Shown: piece by piece, positions 35,566 to 46,123 of the stretch
How the letters are laid out: the number at the start of each line of letters is the position of its first letter
How positions within the stretch are numbered: the first letter of the stretch is position 1
Assembly (NCBI GenBank): GCA_042408215.1
Contig: JAYFMW010000008.1
Coordinates: 1 to 64,000 of the forward strand
Length of the DNA: 64,000 nt
From: Microcoleus sp.
Lineage (GTDB): Bacteria > Cyanobacteriota > Cyanobacteriia > Cyanobacteriales > Microcoleaceae
Direction of reading: 5' to 3'
Notes under the pieces: generated by a model
Databases searched by the model: none
Told to the model about the DNA's origin: nothing
The model's input: only the letters and a program-made list of their open reading frames with translations
Program-made: the position numbers and the translations under genes

Positions 35566-36122
35566 ACCGATTTTACCGCCTTTGGTGAAAATTTATGCTT
35601 GACTAATTCTTCGTTTAGTGCCAATTTGTTTTCTACTCTGTCTACAAATAGCACTCCATTGAGATGATCCATTTCGTGCTGAATAGCCCTCGAAAGTAAT
35701 TCTGTGGCTTTCAGGGTTTGCGGGCGGCCGTATTCGTCGCGGTAGGACACTTCAATCACTTCTGGGCGCTTGACCTCTAAATAGACTCCCGGAATGCTCA
35801 AACACCCTTCTTGCAATATACAGACTTGGCCGCTGCTACTTTTGATAGTGGGGTTGATCAAAACCAGCGGGGGTTTTGCTGGGTTGTCCGGTTCGCAGTC
35901 GAGCACGATGACTTGTTTGTGCACTCCGACTTGGGGGGCGGCTAAACCGATGCCCTCAGCACTGTACATGGTTTGCAGCATTTCTCGGACTAGCTGCCGA
36001 ATTTCTGCATCGACGCTTTTGACGCGCTTTGCTGGCTGGCGCAGCACGCGATCGCCCAATGTGTGTATGGTTAGGGGCGGTTGTTCTAACTTTTTCTTTT
36101 CAACCAAAACCTGAGCAGTCAT
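35562..36122 (-). CDS. def: Peptide deformylase
   Basis: GIGLAAPQ, EGCLS, QHEMDH. Confidence 0.97.
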   Translation of the reverse strand: MTAQVLVEKKKLEQPPLTIHTLGDRVLRQPAKRVKSVDAEIRQLVREMLQTMYSAEGIGLAAPQVGVHKQVIVLDCEPDNPAKPPLVLINPTIKSSSGQVCILQEGCLSIPGVYLEVKRPEVIEVSYRDEYGRPQTLKATELLSRAIQHEMDHLNGVLFVDRVENKLALNEELVKHKFSPKAVKSV

Positions 36123-36189
36123 AGCATCCTTACTTGATATTTGGGGCTACATTGGAACCAATAGCTGGTAAAAGTATAGTCATCTATTA

Positions 36190-36365
36190 CAGTGCCATGG
36201 GAGGCGTTGAGTCCCTCCCCTTTCGCTTTCACTTCGAGCGGATTAACCCGCCTCGGCTGAACTACGCAGCTCTCTATCCCATCGCTAAACGCATTTGGGA
36301 TTGCTTTTCTCAAAATATTGTAAGACCCGTTAACATCGGCGTTAATCAATCGACCCTTCTGACTA
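36190..36365 (-). pseudogene. 3' remnant of a tnpB gene
   Basis: GRLINADVNGSYNILRKAIPNAFSDGIE..VVQP.RV (RuvC-III and C-terminus of cyanobacterial TnpB). Confidence 0.75.
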
Positions 36366-36451
36366 TATGATACTACCATTGTCTATTGATGCTTACAATC
36401 TTAATGAAGTTTTACAATACTATTTCCAATCTTAATCTAAATTAACGTACC

Positions 36452-36779
36452 GATGACGGTCAACACGCCCAACCCACAACCTGTGATTTCTCTGAGGCGC
36501 CACTGTTGATAGCCGGAGAGTTGGCTGCTGCGATCGCGATTTTACTGTCTGTTTTGATAATTATACAGTTTTGGGCTGTTCTGCCCGATCGCATTCCGAT
36601 TCATTTCGGTTTTTCTGACCAGCCTGATGCTTGGGGCGACAAGGTGATGATTTGGCTGCTATCGGCGGTTGCTACGATTATTTTTGTGAAGGTTTAGTAT
36701 GCAGTTTGTTTTGGGGATGATTATTTTGATATTTGGGACTGTTGGCGTGTATTTTATCAAGGCTTATTTGGCTCGCTAG
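36452..36779 (+). pseudogene. DUF1648-like membrane protein, degraded
   Basis: WAVLPDRIPIHFGFSDQPDAWG motif; short and frame-broken. Confidence 0.6.
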
Positions 36780-37056
36780 ATTTATGGTAAACACCTTTCA
36801 TAAAAATGGTTTTTAGTGAGAAATTTATGCCTCATAAAACTTTTAAAACTCAAGTCCTAACTACCAACTTTTGGGATTTTGGGTAATCGATCGGACCTGA
36901 TATAAATCACAGGTGGAACGCCGGAACCACGGTAAACGCCGATGGATTAAACCATCAGATATGTTTGTTCTTCATAAAAAAGCTCGGTAAGTGGGAAACT
37001 CAGTGGCTTCAGCCCTGAGAGGGAAACGACCCGGCGGTTTCAACCGCCTTGAATCT

Positions 37057-38328
37057 TTAAAATGCGTAACTGTAGCCATCTTTGTGATGAACAATTTTGC
37101 AGTATTTGTGACTAACTCCTTGCACCAATTCTGATGTCGAGATGTTGAATGAACCTGTCGATCTAACTGCAACTCGACCAACATACTCACCTATTTTTTT
37201 GCCATTCGTGACGACTGCTTTTACAATGTCGCCAGTTTGAAAACCCTTGACAAACTTGTTTCTCGGAACGTACCGAGATGGGAATCCAAACTTGTCTGTG
37301 CGACACATTTGACGAGTTCCATGTCCTGTTGCTTTAATCCACAATGGCTTACTTGTTATTACGGACAAGGATTCAATTTGACCAACACAAGCAGCATCAA
37401 GCCAATGAGTTTTAGGTAGTTGTAGTCGAGTGCGATTAAACTTGGTCAGTCCACCTGAACCAGTTAAAACAGGCAACCCCGTTTCTTTTAAGCAACTAAA
37501 TAACGCCCATCGAGTCGAATTTACAGCAGCAGCGTCCTTCAGTGGACGTTTCGCTTGTGCAAGAATGTGTTTCAAGATATCAGGCTTCTTGACTAAGAAT
37601 TGCTTAATATCCTGAGTACCTTTTTTCTGATTACATTTCTCGCAAGCAAGACAGAGATTAGAAATTCGGTTACTTCCGCCTTTGGCTTTGGGATGAATGT
37701 GCTCAACCTGCAATGGTACATTTTCAGCACTACAGTAAGCACATTTTCTATTCCACTTGTTAAGCAGATATTCACGAACTTCGTAACCTTGTAGTTCGCC
37801 TTGCTGGTATTCGATTCCTAAAATTTCAGGATTCTCAAGTTGTTGCAGGTCAAATCTGACAAGCTCTTGAACGATTAAACCAATAGGTGCAAGTTTGATG
37901 AATTTAATTACCCAAGTTAGGGTTGTTTCTACCCGATGTTGCAAGCTAGGAGCTAACCAATCTTGTTTACGGGTACGGTTTAAAAACCTTGCTTGGCGGT
38001 AACGAGTGTGACGATTTCTGCGTGAACGACGCAGTGAGCGGCGCGATTCAAGACTTGCTTTGATGGTTTGACCGCGATGGGTTAGTTCAGCGCCAAAGAT
38101 GACTTTTCCTCCTTGCACTAATGCGATGCCTGTAGTTTTTGAACCAGGATCTATCTTCAAGGTAATTGATTCAGACGTTGTTGTTACTGCCACTTTCAAG
38201 ATGATGGTAAACGGATATTTCCGAAATACCGCAGCTTTTCCGGTGTCCAGCAACCTACGTGCTTGACCGGGTTGAACGGGGTTAAGCGGTCGTTTCTCAG
38301 TGTCTAGAACAAAAACAAAATTAGACAT
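37057..38328 (-). CDS. iscB: RNA-guided endonuclease IscB
   Basis: PLMP-like VFVLD..KRPLNP; RuvC-I IDPGSKTTG; Arg-rich RRSLRRSRRNR; RuvC-II QELVRFD; HNH CAYC..EHIHPKAKGGSNRISNL.LAC..CN; RuvC-III HWLDA; uninterrupted 423 aa. Confidence 0.95.
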   Translation of the reverse strand: MSNFVFVLDTEKRPLNPVQPGQARRLLDTGKAAVFRKYPFTIILKVAVTTTSESITLKIDPGSKTTGIALVQGGKVIFGAELTHRGQTIKASLESRRSLRRSRRNRHTRYRQARFLNRTRKQDWLAPSLQHRVETTLTWVIKFIKLAPIGLIVQELVRFDLQQLENPEILGIEYQQGELQGYEVREYLLNKWNRKCAYCSAENVPLQVEHIHPKAKGGSNRISNLCLACEKCNQKKGTQDIKQFLVKKPDILKHILAQAKRPLKDAAAVNSTRWALFSCLKETGLPVLTGSGGLTKFNRTRLQLPKTHWLDAACVGQIESLSVITSKPLWIKATGHGTRQMCRTDKFGFPSRYVPRNKFVKGFQTGDIVKAVVTNGKKIGEYVGRVAVRSTGSFNISTSELVQGVSHKYCKIVHHKDGYSYAF

Positions 38329-38568
38329 TTCAGTCCTCCCTTTCGGGGTAATGTTAGCTTCGCCAATGTTATTAGGGCTTGTTAGGCTAGCAGCACTATT
38401 CCAGTGACTTTAGAACTGTTTAACTACTAGCGACAGAGCAAGGGACTAGCTTCGCATCCACAGGGTGTCGTGACCCACATAACGTAGTCAGTTAAGACTT
38501 AGGCTGGTCAGTACAGCCTGCTCGATTACTCTTACAAGCTCAGTGGCTTTAGCCCGCTCGTTACTGAC
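38329..38568 (-). ncRNA. IscB omega-RNA (HEARO-like) scaffold
   Basis: 240-nt noncoding leader starting GTCAGTAAC, with GACCAGCCTAAG..GACTACGTT, GACACC..GGATGCGAAGCTAGTCC..GCTCTGTC and AACATTGGCGAAGCTAACATTACC motifs typical of HEARO/omega-RNA. Confidence 0.85.
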
Positions 38569-38991
38569 TCATCGGCAATACTCGCAGCCGTTGATTTTTT
38601 AAATCCGGTTCTAAGCCTAGCCTTGACCTTGGAATCACAGCAAAACCGCATCAACTCCTTCGGGCATTTCCAGACAGTCAAATACTGCTTGTCGCCCTTC
38701 AACTTCCAGCATAATATCTTGAAATATCCGCCCTTTTCTCACCCCCGCAGCAGTTTCTACATTGGTTTCTCCAAGCAGGCTTAAACCCAACTGGCCGATC
38801 GTGGAAGCTGGTAAGGCCAGTAGAGTGGCTCCGGTATCGACTAGAACTCGATCGAGAGTGAATGAACGAATTTCACCCGCAGGAATAAACCCGCGCTCAG
38901 CGAGGACTTGATCGATGCGATTCGTGACGGAGATTGTTGTAATAACTTGACCCATTTGTTTTCCTTGAAGATTGGGGAGTACGAGTGTCAT
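38569..38991 (-). pseudogene. Clan AA aspartyl protease-like protein, frameshifted and interrupted by the iscB element (last codons at 36947-36975)
   Basis: LVDTGAT motif; after a frameshift near 38638 reads VIP...LGLEPDLKNQRLRVLPM, continuing across the element as NEEQTYLMV*. Confidence 0.8.
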
Positions 38992-39067
38992 ATTATGTTA
39001 CCTGTTTGAGTGCAATTGGTTGATTCTTTTATTTTAATGTTATCTACAACAGGACTGAGGGACGGGT

Positions 39068-39150
39068 GTCAGAAACCGGGTTTTTTACCGAATCTGCGAT
39101 GCTCTAACCAAGTATCTCGTAAAAAACCAGGTTTCTCGGCTCCAATGCGT
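39068..39150. repeat. Solitary copy of the AGAAACCGGGTTTT REP-like unit
   Basis: gtcagaaaccgggtttttt...aaaaaaccaggtttct; a related element lies at 46042-46111. Confidence 0.7.
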
Positions 39151-39227
39151 TCAGGACTATAGAATTGTCCGGGGTTGGTTAAAATGGTAGTTCACTGACT
39201 AGCCGCCTTGAAAATTAGCCTGAACGC

Positions 39228-40520
39228 ATGACACCAGAACCCAACTCTTCTCAACCCAATCCTTCTGAGTCGATCGCGACTGTAGAAACTCTCAACGGTG
39301 CTAACCCGAATCTGCCGGCAGAGCAAGGGACAATAGTTGCTAATGCTGAACCGGAAAAACCGTTACCGCCACCTCCAACCCGTAGGGTTTTGTCGCCGCA
39401 GTACCCGACACAAACGACTGCTGAAATGTCTGGTTCGGTGCTGATTTTGGGGTCGATCGCTGCGATGATTGTAGGGTTAGCAAACGACGTTGTTTGGATC
39501 GGCTTAATTGGCGCGATCGCCGCGATCGGGATATCGCTGCGACTGATGTGGCCCAATTGGGGCAAAATCTGGGTGCAGGTAATTCCCCCAGCTTGGCGCA
39601 CCCTGATCGTCGCCTGCTTCGGTCTTTTAGCTGGGATTGTGGGCTTGCTGATGCTCAGCGGTACTAATACTGAACCGGGAAGTCGCAACATCCAAATTAA
39701 CTGGGATGCTATCGGAGCTCTCGGCGAGTTAATTGGCGCTTTGGGCCAAATTTTGATCGCAATTTTAGGCGTTTATGTGGCTTGGCGGCAGTATGTAATC
39801 TCGAAAGATTTGACTATTCAGCAAAACAGAATTACTCAGCAGCAAACGATAGATGCTTATTTTCAAGGGGTGTCGGATTTAGCCCTCGATGAACAAGGAT
39901 TTTTGGAAGATTGGCCGCAGGAAAGGGCGATCGCCGAAGGCCGTACCGCTGCGATTATGAGTAGTGTAGATGCTGAAGGAAAAGCTAAAATTCTCCGGTT
40001 TTTGTCGCAGTCGAGATTGGTTACTCCCTTACAGCGCGATCGACTTTTAGGCCGCCCCATCCTCGACGGTAATGGCGGCTATGCTGAAGATCGGGATTAC
40101 GGTATCCGCGTGATCGATTTAAATGTCATGTTAGCCGGTGCTGACCTCGCCAGCACAGACTTGCGGTGGACGGATTTGAGCGACGCTAACCTCGTCCGGG
40201 CCAATCTCAGCAAGTGCGATTTGGTGAAAGCCAATTTCTCCCGCGCTGTCTTGTACGACGCTAATCTCTCGCGGGCTGACTTGAAAGGGGCTACCTTATT
40301 CTACGGCTCGATCGACACTGCTTCGCCCCGCAGCCGCAACGAATCTCCCAACTACAAAACGGGGGAATATACCGGCGCTGTGCTGGAACGTGCTGATTTC
40401 ACTGGTGTCAAGCGACTGTCGGAGGAGCAGCGCCAATACTGCTGCGCTTGGTGTGGCTCGAAGTCGAGAGATACTATTCCCGGTGGTTGCGAAGGTATTC
40501 CCAATAAACTAGGGCGGTGA
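39228..40520 (+). CDS. Membrane-anchored pentapeptide repeat protein
   Basis: N-terminal TM helices; ADLAS/TDLSD/ANLVR/ANLSK pentapeptides. Confidence 0.88.
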   Translation: MTPEPNSSQPNPSESIATVETLNGANPNLPAEQGTIVANAEPEKPLPPPPTRRVLSPQYPTQTTAEMSGSVLILGSIAAMIVGLANDVVWIGLIGAIAAIGISLRLMWPNWGKIWVQVIPPAWRTLIVACFGLLAGIVGLLMLSGTNTEPGSRNIQINWDAIGALGELIGALGQILIAILGVYVAWRQYVISKDLTIQQNRITQQQTIDAYFQGVSDLALDEQGFLEDWPQERAIAEGRTAAIMSSVDAEGKAKILRFLSQSRLVTPLQRDRLLGRPILDGNGGYAEDRDYGIRVIDLNVMLAGADLASTDLRWTDLSDANLVRANLSKCDLVKANFSRAVLYDANLSRADLKGATLFYGSIDTASPRSRNESPNYKTGEYTGAVLERADFTGVKRLSEEQRQYCCAWCGSKSRDTIPGGCEGIPNKLGR

Positions 40521-40540
40521 ACAAGGGCGATCGCACTGGA

Positions 40541-40718
40541 GTAGCGACGCACCCTACAGCTACTGTATGCACCGGTGCGTCGCTGCGAGATCGTTGCTCT
40601 TTTTTAGGATTTAAGGGTAGCGACGCACCCTACAGCTACTGTATGCACCGGTGCGTCGCTGGGAGATCGTCGCTCTTTTTTAGGATTTAAGGGTAGCGAC
40701 GCACCCTACAGCTACTGT
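40541..40718. repeat. 76-bp tandem repeat, about 2.3 copies
   Basis: gtagcgacgcaccctacagctactgt at 40541, 40617 and 40693; interiors nearly identical. Confidence 0.85.
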
Positions 40719-40818
40719 TGCATGAGTTTTGAGAATTAGTATTACGTTTATATTTGGCGATCGGAATGCAGCGGACTATACTTGGATTTTAAATCCACAG
40801 TCTTGCGCTGTTTTAGAG

Positions 40819-41967
40819 ATGACAAATACTGATTTAGGGCTAGCAGCAAGTCCGCATCGGGAAGACCACAACAGCAGGAACGGATGGATTTTTGTGATTG
40901 CTATGTGGTTCCTGAGTCGATCGGTAATTGCGATCGGGATGCAGGTAATTGCCCCTTTAATATGTCAGAAACCCCCCTTGTATAACCCCCCCTTACCTCT
41001 GGGTTTTGTGAGCGGCTTCCTGCCCAAAAGTGGTTGGGAACTATTTTCAAATTGGGATGGTAAATGGTATACCCAAATCGCAACTTCAGGCTACAGCTAT
41101 GCAGACGATGGGCAGTATCATTCTGTAGCTTTTTATCCGCTGTTTCCTCTGCTAATTCGGGGATTAATGAGCTTGGGAATGCCACTGGAAATATCAGGGG
41201 TACTGCTCAACAGTTTAGCGTTTCTCGGTGCATTAGTCCTGGTCTATTTTTGGGTAGAGGAGCAATACGATACTGGTGCGGCTAAATGGACAACTGCTGT
41301 GCTGGCGTGGTGTCCGTTCTCGCTATTTTGCACTGTAATTTATACAGAGGGATTGTTTCTGTTGCTGACAACAGCGGCTTTGCGATTCTTTGAGAGGGGC
41401 GAGTATATTCTGGCTGCTATTTGCGGAGCTTTGACTACTGCTACTAGGGGGCCGGGAGTGGCGCTGATACCTGCTTTTTTGCTGGTAGCTTGGAGAGAAA
41501 AAAGACCTCCTATGGCCTATATTGCGGGTTTTGCTAGTGCACTAGGTTTGCTTTGTTTCAGTCTCTATTGCGCTCTTCGTTTTGGAGATGCTTTGGCATT
41601 TGTTCACGTCCAGAAAGCCTGGGTTCAGCCTAGTTGGTTACAGATATTTATTGATTTTCTGAGTTTTCGCCTGCAAGCTGTTAGTAAAGTTGTGATGATT
41701 TTTGGCGGTTGCTATTTGTTATGGTACTTGCGAAAACGGCTCAGCAGCACAGTGTTCTCCTACGGTTTTTGCTCTTTAGCACTGCTTGTAAACTCGGGGG
41801 TTCTTCAATCCGTCCACCGCTGTGCTTACGGCCTTGTGTCCCTGTCAATAGGACTCGGTTTGTTGCTGAGTGCTAAGCCTCGGTGGGGATACGCTCTTAT
41901 GGCATTATTTGCTACATTCCTGCTCTATATTGCAGTTAAATTTGCTGGTTTTTTGTGGGTAGCTTAG
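40819..41967 (+). CDS. PIG-V-like membrane mannosyltransferase (GT-C)
   Basis: WDGKWY, AFYPLFP, YTEGLFL, TRGPG motifs; multi-TM. Confidence 0.8.
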   Translation: MTNTDLGLAASPHREDHNSRNGWIFVIAMWFLSRSVIAIGMQVIAPLICQKPPLYNPPLPLGFVSGFLPKSGWELFSNWDGKWYTQIATSGYSYADDGQYHSVAFYPLFPLLIRGLMSLGMPLEISGVLLNSLAFLGALVLVYFWVEEQYDTGAAKWTTAVLAWCPFSLFCTVIYTEGLFLLLTTAALRFFERGEYILAAICGALTTATRGPGVALIPAFLLVAWREKRPPMAYIAGFASALGLLCFSLYCALRFGDALAFVHVQKAWVQPSWLQIFIDFLSFRLQAVSKVVMIFGGCYLLWYLRKRLSSTVFSYGFCSLALLVNSGVLQSVHRCAYGLVSLSIGLGLLLSAKPRWGYALMALFATFLLYIAVKFAGFLWVA

Positions 41968-41984
41968 AGCCGATCGAACTTAAT

Positions 41985-42606
41985 TCATTCGCTCTCCCAA
42001 GCTGCCTGAAAAAAGTCTCTTTCACACAGCATAGCATACCGATAAGTTGCTTCTAATTTTGGAGTTAATACGGCATATTTATCTGTCCAACTTTCCAGCC
42101 GTTTTGCTAACAGCTCAAACTCTGCGCTGCTGTCGGTGCGAATCCATTCGCTAAAGGCGTGTTCTGGTATTTTAGGTTGAGCTAACTTCTGCCCAAAAAG
42201 CATACAATCGCAGACAAGGAATCATCGCAGCTACTGTCAAGCCTACAGCATTTCCCCGGCGGTTGCTAATACAAAATCCCTAGAGCGACGGGTGGCAATT
42301 CCCGGTTTTGCCTCTGGTAAATATGCGCCCCATTTGGCTGCATATCCTTGATGCAAGCGCAATTCTGCTAAAACGCCACTGCCGAGCTCGTGGAGGATTT
42401 CAAACCCCTCCCAGTCGGGCGCTTTGGCAGCGACTATGCTGTAATCGCGGGCCAATGCTCCTAGAAAAAATGCGGATTGTGTGACATAATATGCAAAACT
42501 ATTTTGGGGGAGTTTGCCATCAGCAATGCCTCTGAGAAAGGGATGTTGCAGACAAGCTTCGCTTAAGTCTTAATTTGCTGGCCACAGATCATTTGGAATT
42601 TGTCAT
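41985..42606 (-). pseudogene. TenA/thiaminase II family protein, disrupted
   Basis: ACLQHPFLRGIADGKLP..FAYYV, ELRLHQGYA, YRYAMLCERDFF; frameshift after the start and internal stops. Confidence 0.8.
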
Positions 42607-42661
42607 GCCCTTTAGAGTCCATCGGTGATGATTGTAATTCTTATAGTCCGACCTAACACCT

Positions 42662-44599
42662 ATGATAGCAGATATCTTCGGCTTAATTCCATTGGTTTCT
42701 CTGGGCCTTTTGTTTCTGATATTTAAGCAAATAGATAAATGTTGGCGCACTGCTATTTTGTCGGCGGCTGTTGTCTGGGGTTCTGTTGTTGCTTTATCTA
42801 CTGAAATTTTAAGTTTGTTTGAATTGCTAACTTTTGAATGGGTGTTTGGGCTGTGGTTAGTGGCGGATATTTTATGGCTTATAATTTACCTAAAATTGAA
42901 CATTGTCAAGCCGGATCTTCGGAGCAATGATCGCAGTCAGTTATCTAGTTTTTTACTTTGGTTGCTAGGTGGTGTATCATTGATTTTTGCTGCGGTTGGT
43001 TTAATTGCTATAGTTTCACCCCCTAACAATTGGGATTCTATGACTTATCACATGAGCCGCGTCGCTCACTGGATGCAAAACCGCAGTGTCGAACACTACC
43101 CAACTTCTTATGTGCCGCAATTATTTCACCCGCCAGGGGCGGAATTTGCGATTATGCACTTTCAGATTATCAGCGGGGGCGATCGCTTTGCGAATCTGAT
43201 ACAATGGTTGAGTATGGTTGGCAGTGCGATCGCAGTTTCTTTAATTGCTAAGCAACTGGGAGCCAATTTGCGAGGTCAAGTTTTTGCGGCTGTTTTTGCG
43301 GCGACTTTACCGATGGGAATCCTCCAAGGTTCTAGCACTCAAAACGATTATGCTGTATGCTTTTGGGTGGTGTGTTTTGTCTCCTGCGGTTTGGCAGGAA
43401 TGTCAGCAGGAATTACTCTTTCTAACACTCTGAAAATTGGCGCAAATTTGGGTCTCGCTCTCTTGACAAAAACCACAGGTTACATATTTTCGCTGCCTTT
43501 TATTATCTGGTTTCTAATAGTAGGAATAAAACGCTATCACCAAAAGATGCTACCACCCATTTTGATGATAGCCGCCGTGACTCTGATCCTGAATATCGGT
43601 CATTTTTGGCGAAATTACGATTTGTTTGGATATCTGATAGGTGCTCCTCAAGATTTTACTAAAGAATACAAAATCGAAATATTTACTCTCCCAACTTTTT
43701 TGTCAAATATAATTAGAAACTTAGCGATGCACACCGGCACGAGCATTTCCAAAATTAACGGTTTGATTGTGGCGGTTGTTAAATTGCTACACAAAATATT
43801 AGGTATACTTCCAAATGACCCCCGCATCACTTGGCCCCCAGGACAAGTATATGCTCTCAGTACACCTTCATTTAATGAAAACAATGCTACCAATCCCATC
43901 CACTTTGGGCTAATATTTGCCACTATTATGCTGATTTTAAACAACCCAAAATTGAGACAAATAAAAATAGTAATAGTTTATTTAACCGCGACAATAACTA
44001 CATTTTTATTGCTTTGTCTGCTCCTCAAATTGCAACCTTGGCAAAGCCGCCACCACTTGACAATTTTTGTCTTATTTGCGCCGTTGTTTGGATTAACAAT
44101 ATCGCAATTATCAAATTATAAAATAGCCAATTATATTGTAGGAATTCTAATTTTTATGTCGCTCCCTTGGATTTTTAATAACAAATTTAGACCTCTCCTC
44201 GGAGAGAGGAACATTTTTAATAGCAGCAGAAATGAGCTTTACTTTACAAATCGCCCGAAAATCGAGTTTCCTTACAACAAAGCAGTAGATTTTGTCAAAT
44301 CTCAAAACTGCACAAATATAGGACTATCATTTTGGACTAAAAATTCCTGGGAATATCCGTTGTGGGTACTTTTTCAACAACCGGGAAAACCAGCACCTCG
44401 CATTGAACATATCTCTACCATCGATCCTGTAGTCGAGAAAAAATTAAATTCCGAACCTTACAAGAGTTTTATTCCTTGTGCGATCGTTTACCAGTCTACA
44501 AAAATAGATGATCGACCAGGAAAAGAAATGGTTGTCAAAAATCAAACTTATGTACAAAAGTTTACCCTTGAACCCCTCAGCGTGTTTCTGAAAAAATAG
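42662..44599 (+). CDS. ArnT/GT39-like integral membrane glycosyltransferase
   Basis: PPNNWDSMTYH, STQND, LALLTK motifs; many TM helices. Confidence 0.78.
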   Translation: MIADIFGLIPLVSLGLLFLIFKQIDKCWRTAILSAAVVWGSVVALSTEILSLFELLTFEWVFGLWLVADILWLIIYLKLNIVKPDLRSNDRSQLSSFLLWLLGGVSLIFAAVGLIAIVSPPNNWDSMTYHMSRVAHWMQNRSVEHYPTSYVPQLFHPPGAEFAIMHFQIISGGDRFANLIQWLSMVGSAIAVSLIAKQLGANLRGQVFAAVFAATLPMGILQGSSTQNDYAVCFWVVCFVSCGLAGMSAGITLSNTLKIGANLGLALLTKTTGYIFSLPFIIWFLIVGIKRYHQKMLPPILMIAAVTLILNIGHFWRNYDLFGYLIGAPQDFTKEYKIEIFTLPTFLSNIIRNLAMHTGTSISKINGLIVAVVKLLHKILGILPNDPRITWPPGQVYALSTPSFNENNATNPIHFGLIFATIMLILNNPKLRQIKIVIVYLTATITTFLLLCLLLKLQPWQSRHHLTIFVLFAPLFGLTISQLSNYKIANYIVGILIFMSLPWIFNNKFRPLLGERNIFNSSRNELYFTNRPKIEFPYNKAVDFVKSQNCTNIGLSFWTKNSWEYPLWVLFQQPGKPAPRIEHISTIDPVVEKKLNSEPYKSFIPCAIVYQSTKIDDRPGKEMVVKNQTYVQKFTLEPLSVFLKK

Positions 44600-44642
44600 A
44601 CCTTTGATTTAACAGTTAAAAACCACAACTAAAAGATCAAGT

Positions 44643-45608
44643 ATGATGAACAGCACACCGAAATATTCCTTGGTAATTCCTATTTATAATGAAGAAGAAA
44701 CTCTAGCTGAACTTTACCTGCGAATTAGTGCGGTGATGGCAAAAATGGATGGCCCAGTAGAGTTAATTTTAATCAATGATGGCAGTCGCGATCGCTCTTT
44801 GGAACTCCTGCGAGACTTGCACGAAAAAGACTCGCGAATTTCTTACCTCAGTTTTGCCCGCAATTTCGGCCACCAAATAGCTGTAACTGCTGGTTTAAAC
44901 TTTTCTCGTGGTCAAGTTGTAGTCATCATGGATGGCGATTTGCAAGACCCGCCAGAGTTAATTATAGATATGGTAGAACAGTGGCGGCAGGGGTATCAAG
45001 TTGTTTACGCTCAACGCACTCAACGCCGTCAAGAAGGTTGGTTTAAGCGGTTTCCGGCTTATATGTATTATCGCATTTTGCGGAATCTTGCTGATGTTGA
45101 TATTCCCATAGATACGGGAGATTTTTGTTTAATGGATCGCTGTGTAGTCGATGTACTAAATGCTATGCCGGAACGCAATCGTTACATTCGGGGACTGCGG
45201 GCTTGGATTGGTTTTAAACAAACGGCGGTTAAGTTTGAACGCGATCCGCGTTTTGCTGGCGAGGTCAAGTATACGTTTAGAAAATCTTTTGCTTTGGCGA
45301 TGAATGGTTTAGTATCTTTTTCAAAAGTGCCACTGCAACTTTCGATTTATCTGGGGTTATTTGCTGCATTTGTATCTGTATCAATGGCTTTCTTGGTTTT
45401 GTATTGGCGGATTTTTTATCCAAATTCGGCATTAACTGGTTTGACAATTGTGATGATGGCGGTTTTCTTTTTGGGTGCGGTGCAGTTGGTGAGTATTGGA
45501 ATTTTGGGCCAGTATGTGGGGCGGATTTATGAGGAGGTGAAGGGCCGCCCGCTTTATACTTTGGCAGAAGTTGCGGGTTTTGGCGATCGACATCGATCGC
45601 CAAAATAA
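44643..45608 (+). CDS. GT2 polyprenol-phosphate glycosyltransferase (GtrB/ArnC-like)
   Basis: [31 protein letters not shown], two C-terminal TMs, RIYEEVK.RP.Y. Confidence 0.92.
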   Translation: MMNSTPKYSLVIPIYNEEETLAELYLRISAVMAKMDGPVELILINDGSRDRSLELLRDLHEKDSRISYLSFARNFGHQIAVTAGLNFSRGQVVVIMDGDLQDPPELIIDMVEQWRQGYQVVYAQRTQRRQEGWFKRFPAYMYYRILRNLADVDIPIDTGDFCLMDRCVVDVLNAMPERNRYIRGLRAWIGFKQTAVKFERDPRFAGEVKYTFRKSFALAMNGLVSFSKVPLQLSIYLGLFAAFVSVSMAFLVLYWRIFYPNSALTGLTIVMMAVFFLGAVQLVSIGILGQYVGRIYEEVKGRPLYTLAEVAGFGDRHRSPK

Positions 45609-45631
45609 TTTTAGCAAACAACAGTTAACTC

Positions 45632-46033
45632 ATGTTTTACTTGAGCGAAGCAACTGAGTTTTTCCCAACTGATAAATTTGAACGCTCCCAAGTCATGCAG
45701 TGGTTATTTTTTGAACAGTACAGCCACGAACCTTTTATTGCTACTTCTCGCTTTTGGTACATGACAGGAAAAGCTGAGGAAGATCGAGAAGCACTCCAAC
45801 AAAAACAGGCACCGGGTTATGCTGCTTTGGCGGTGATGGAACAGCATTTAGAAAACCATGCTTTTTTTGTTGGCGATCGCTATACCATTGCTGACATCGG
45901 TTTATTTGCATACACTCACGTTGCTGGGGAAGGCGGATTTGATTTAACAAAATTTCCAGCAATTGAAACTTGGATCGATCGAGTAAAAAGTCAGCCCGCA
46001 TATATCAGCATGACAAATTTAAATTTAATTTAA
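45632..46033 (+). pseudogene. Glutathione S-transferase, C-terminal part only
   Basis: QWLFFEQYSHEP, YTIADIGLFAYTH; N-terminal thioredoxin domain absent. Confidence 0.75.
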
Positions 46034-46123
46034 ATTTCCGTAAAAAAACCCGGTTTCTGCATCAATATCTCTCGGAGAGAGCCACGATTTTTCGGATAAA
46101 CCGGGTTTTTTTTGCCTTAGTCT

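Larger units (their letters stand above)
36976..38568 (-). mobile_element. Non-autonomous IS200/IS605 element carrying iscB and omega-RNA
   Basis: Both ends share the hairpin motif GGGCT(A/G)AAGCCACTGAG (about 36999-37017 and 38539-38555); removing the element restores an interrupted host reading frame with no duplication. Confidence 0.85.

Noticed and set aside
36972..38572. 4-bp ATGA target-site duplication around the iscB element
   Set aside because: Removing one ATGA gives PMKNKHI*, whereas keeping both gives the family-like PMNEEQTYLMV*; IS200/IS605 elements do not create duplications
40541..40718. Mini-CRISPR with three repeats
   Set aside because: The two intervening segments differ at only about two positions; it is a tandem duplication of a REP-like unit
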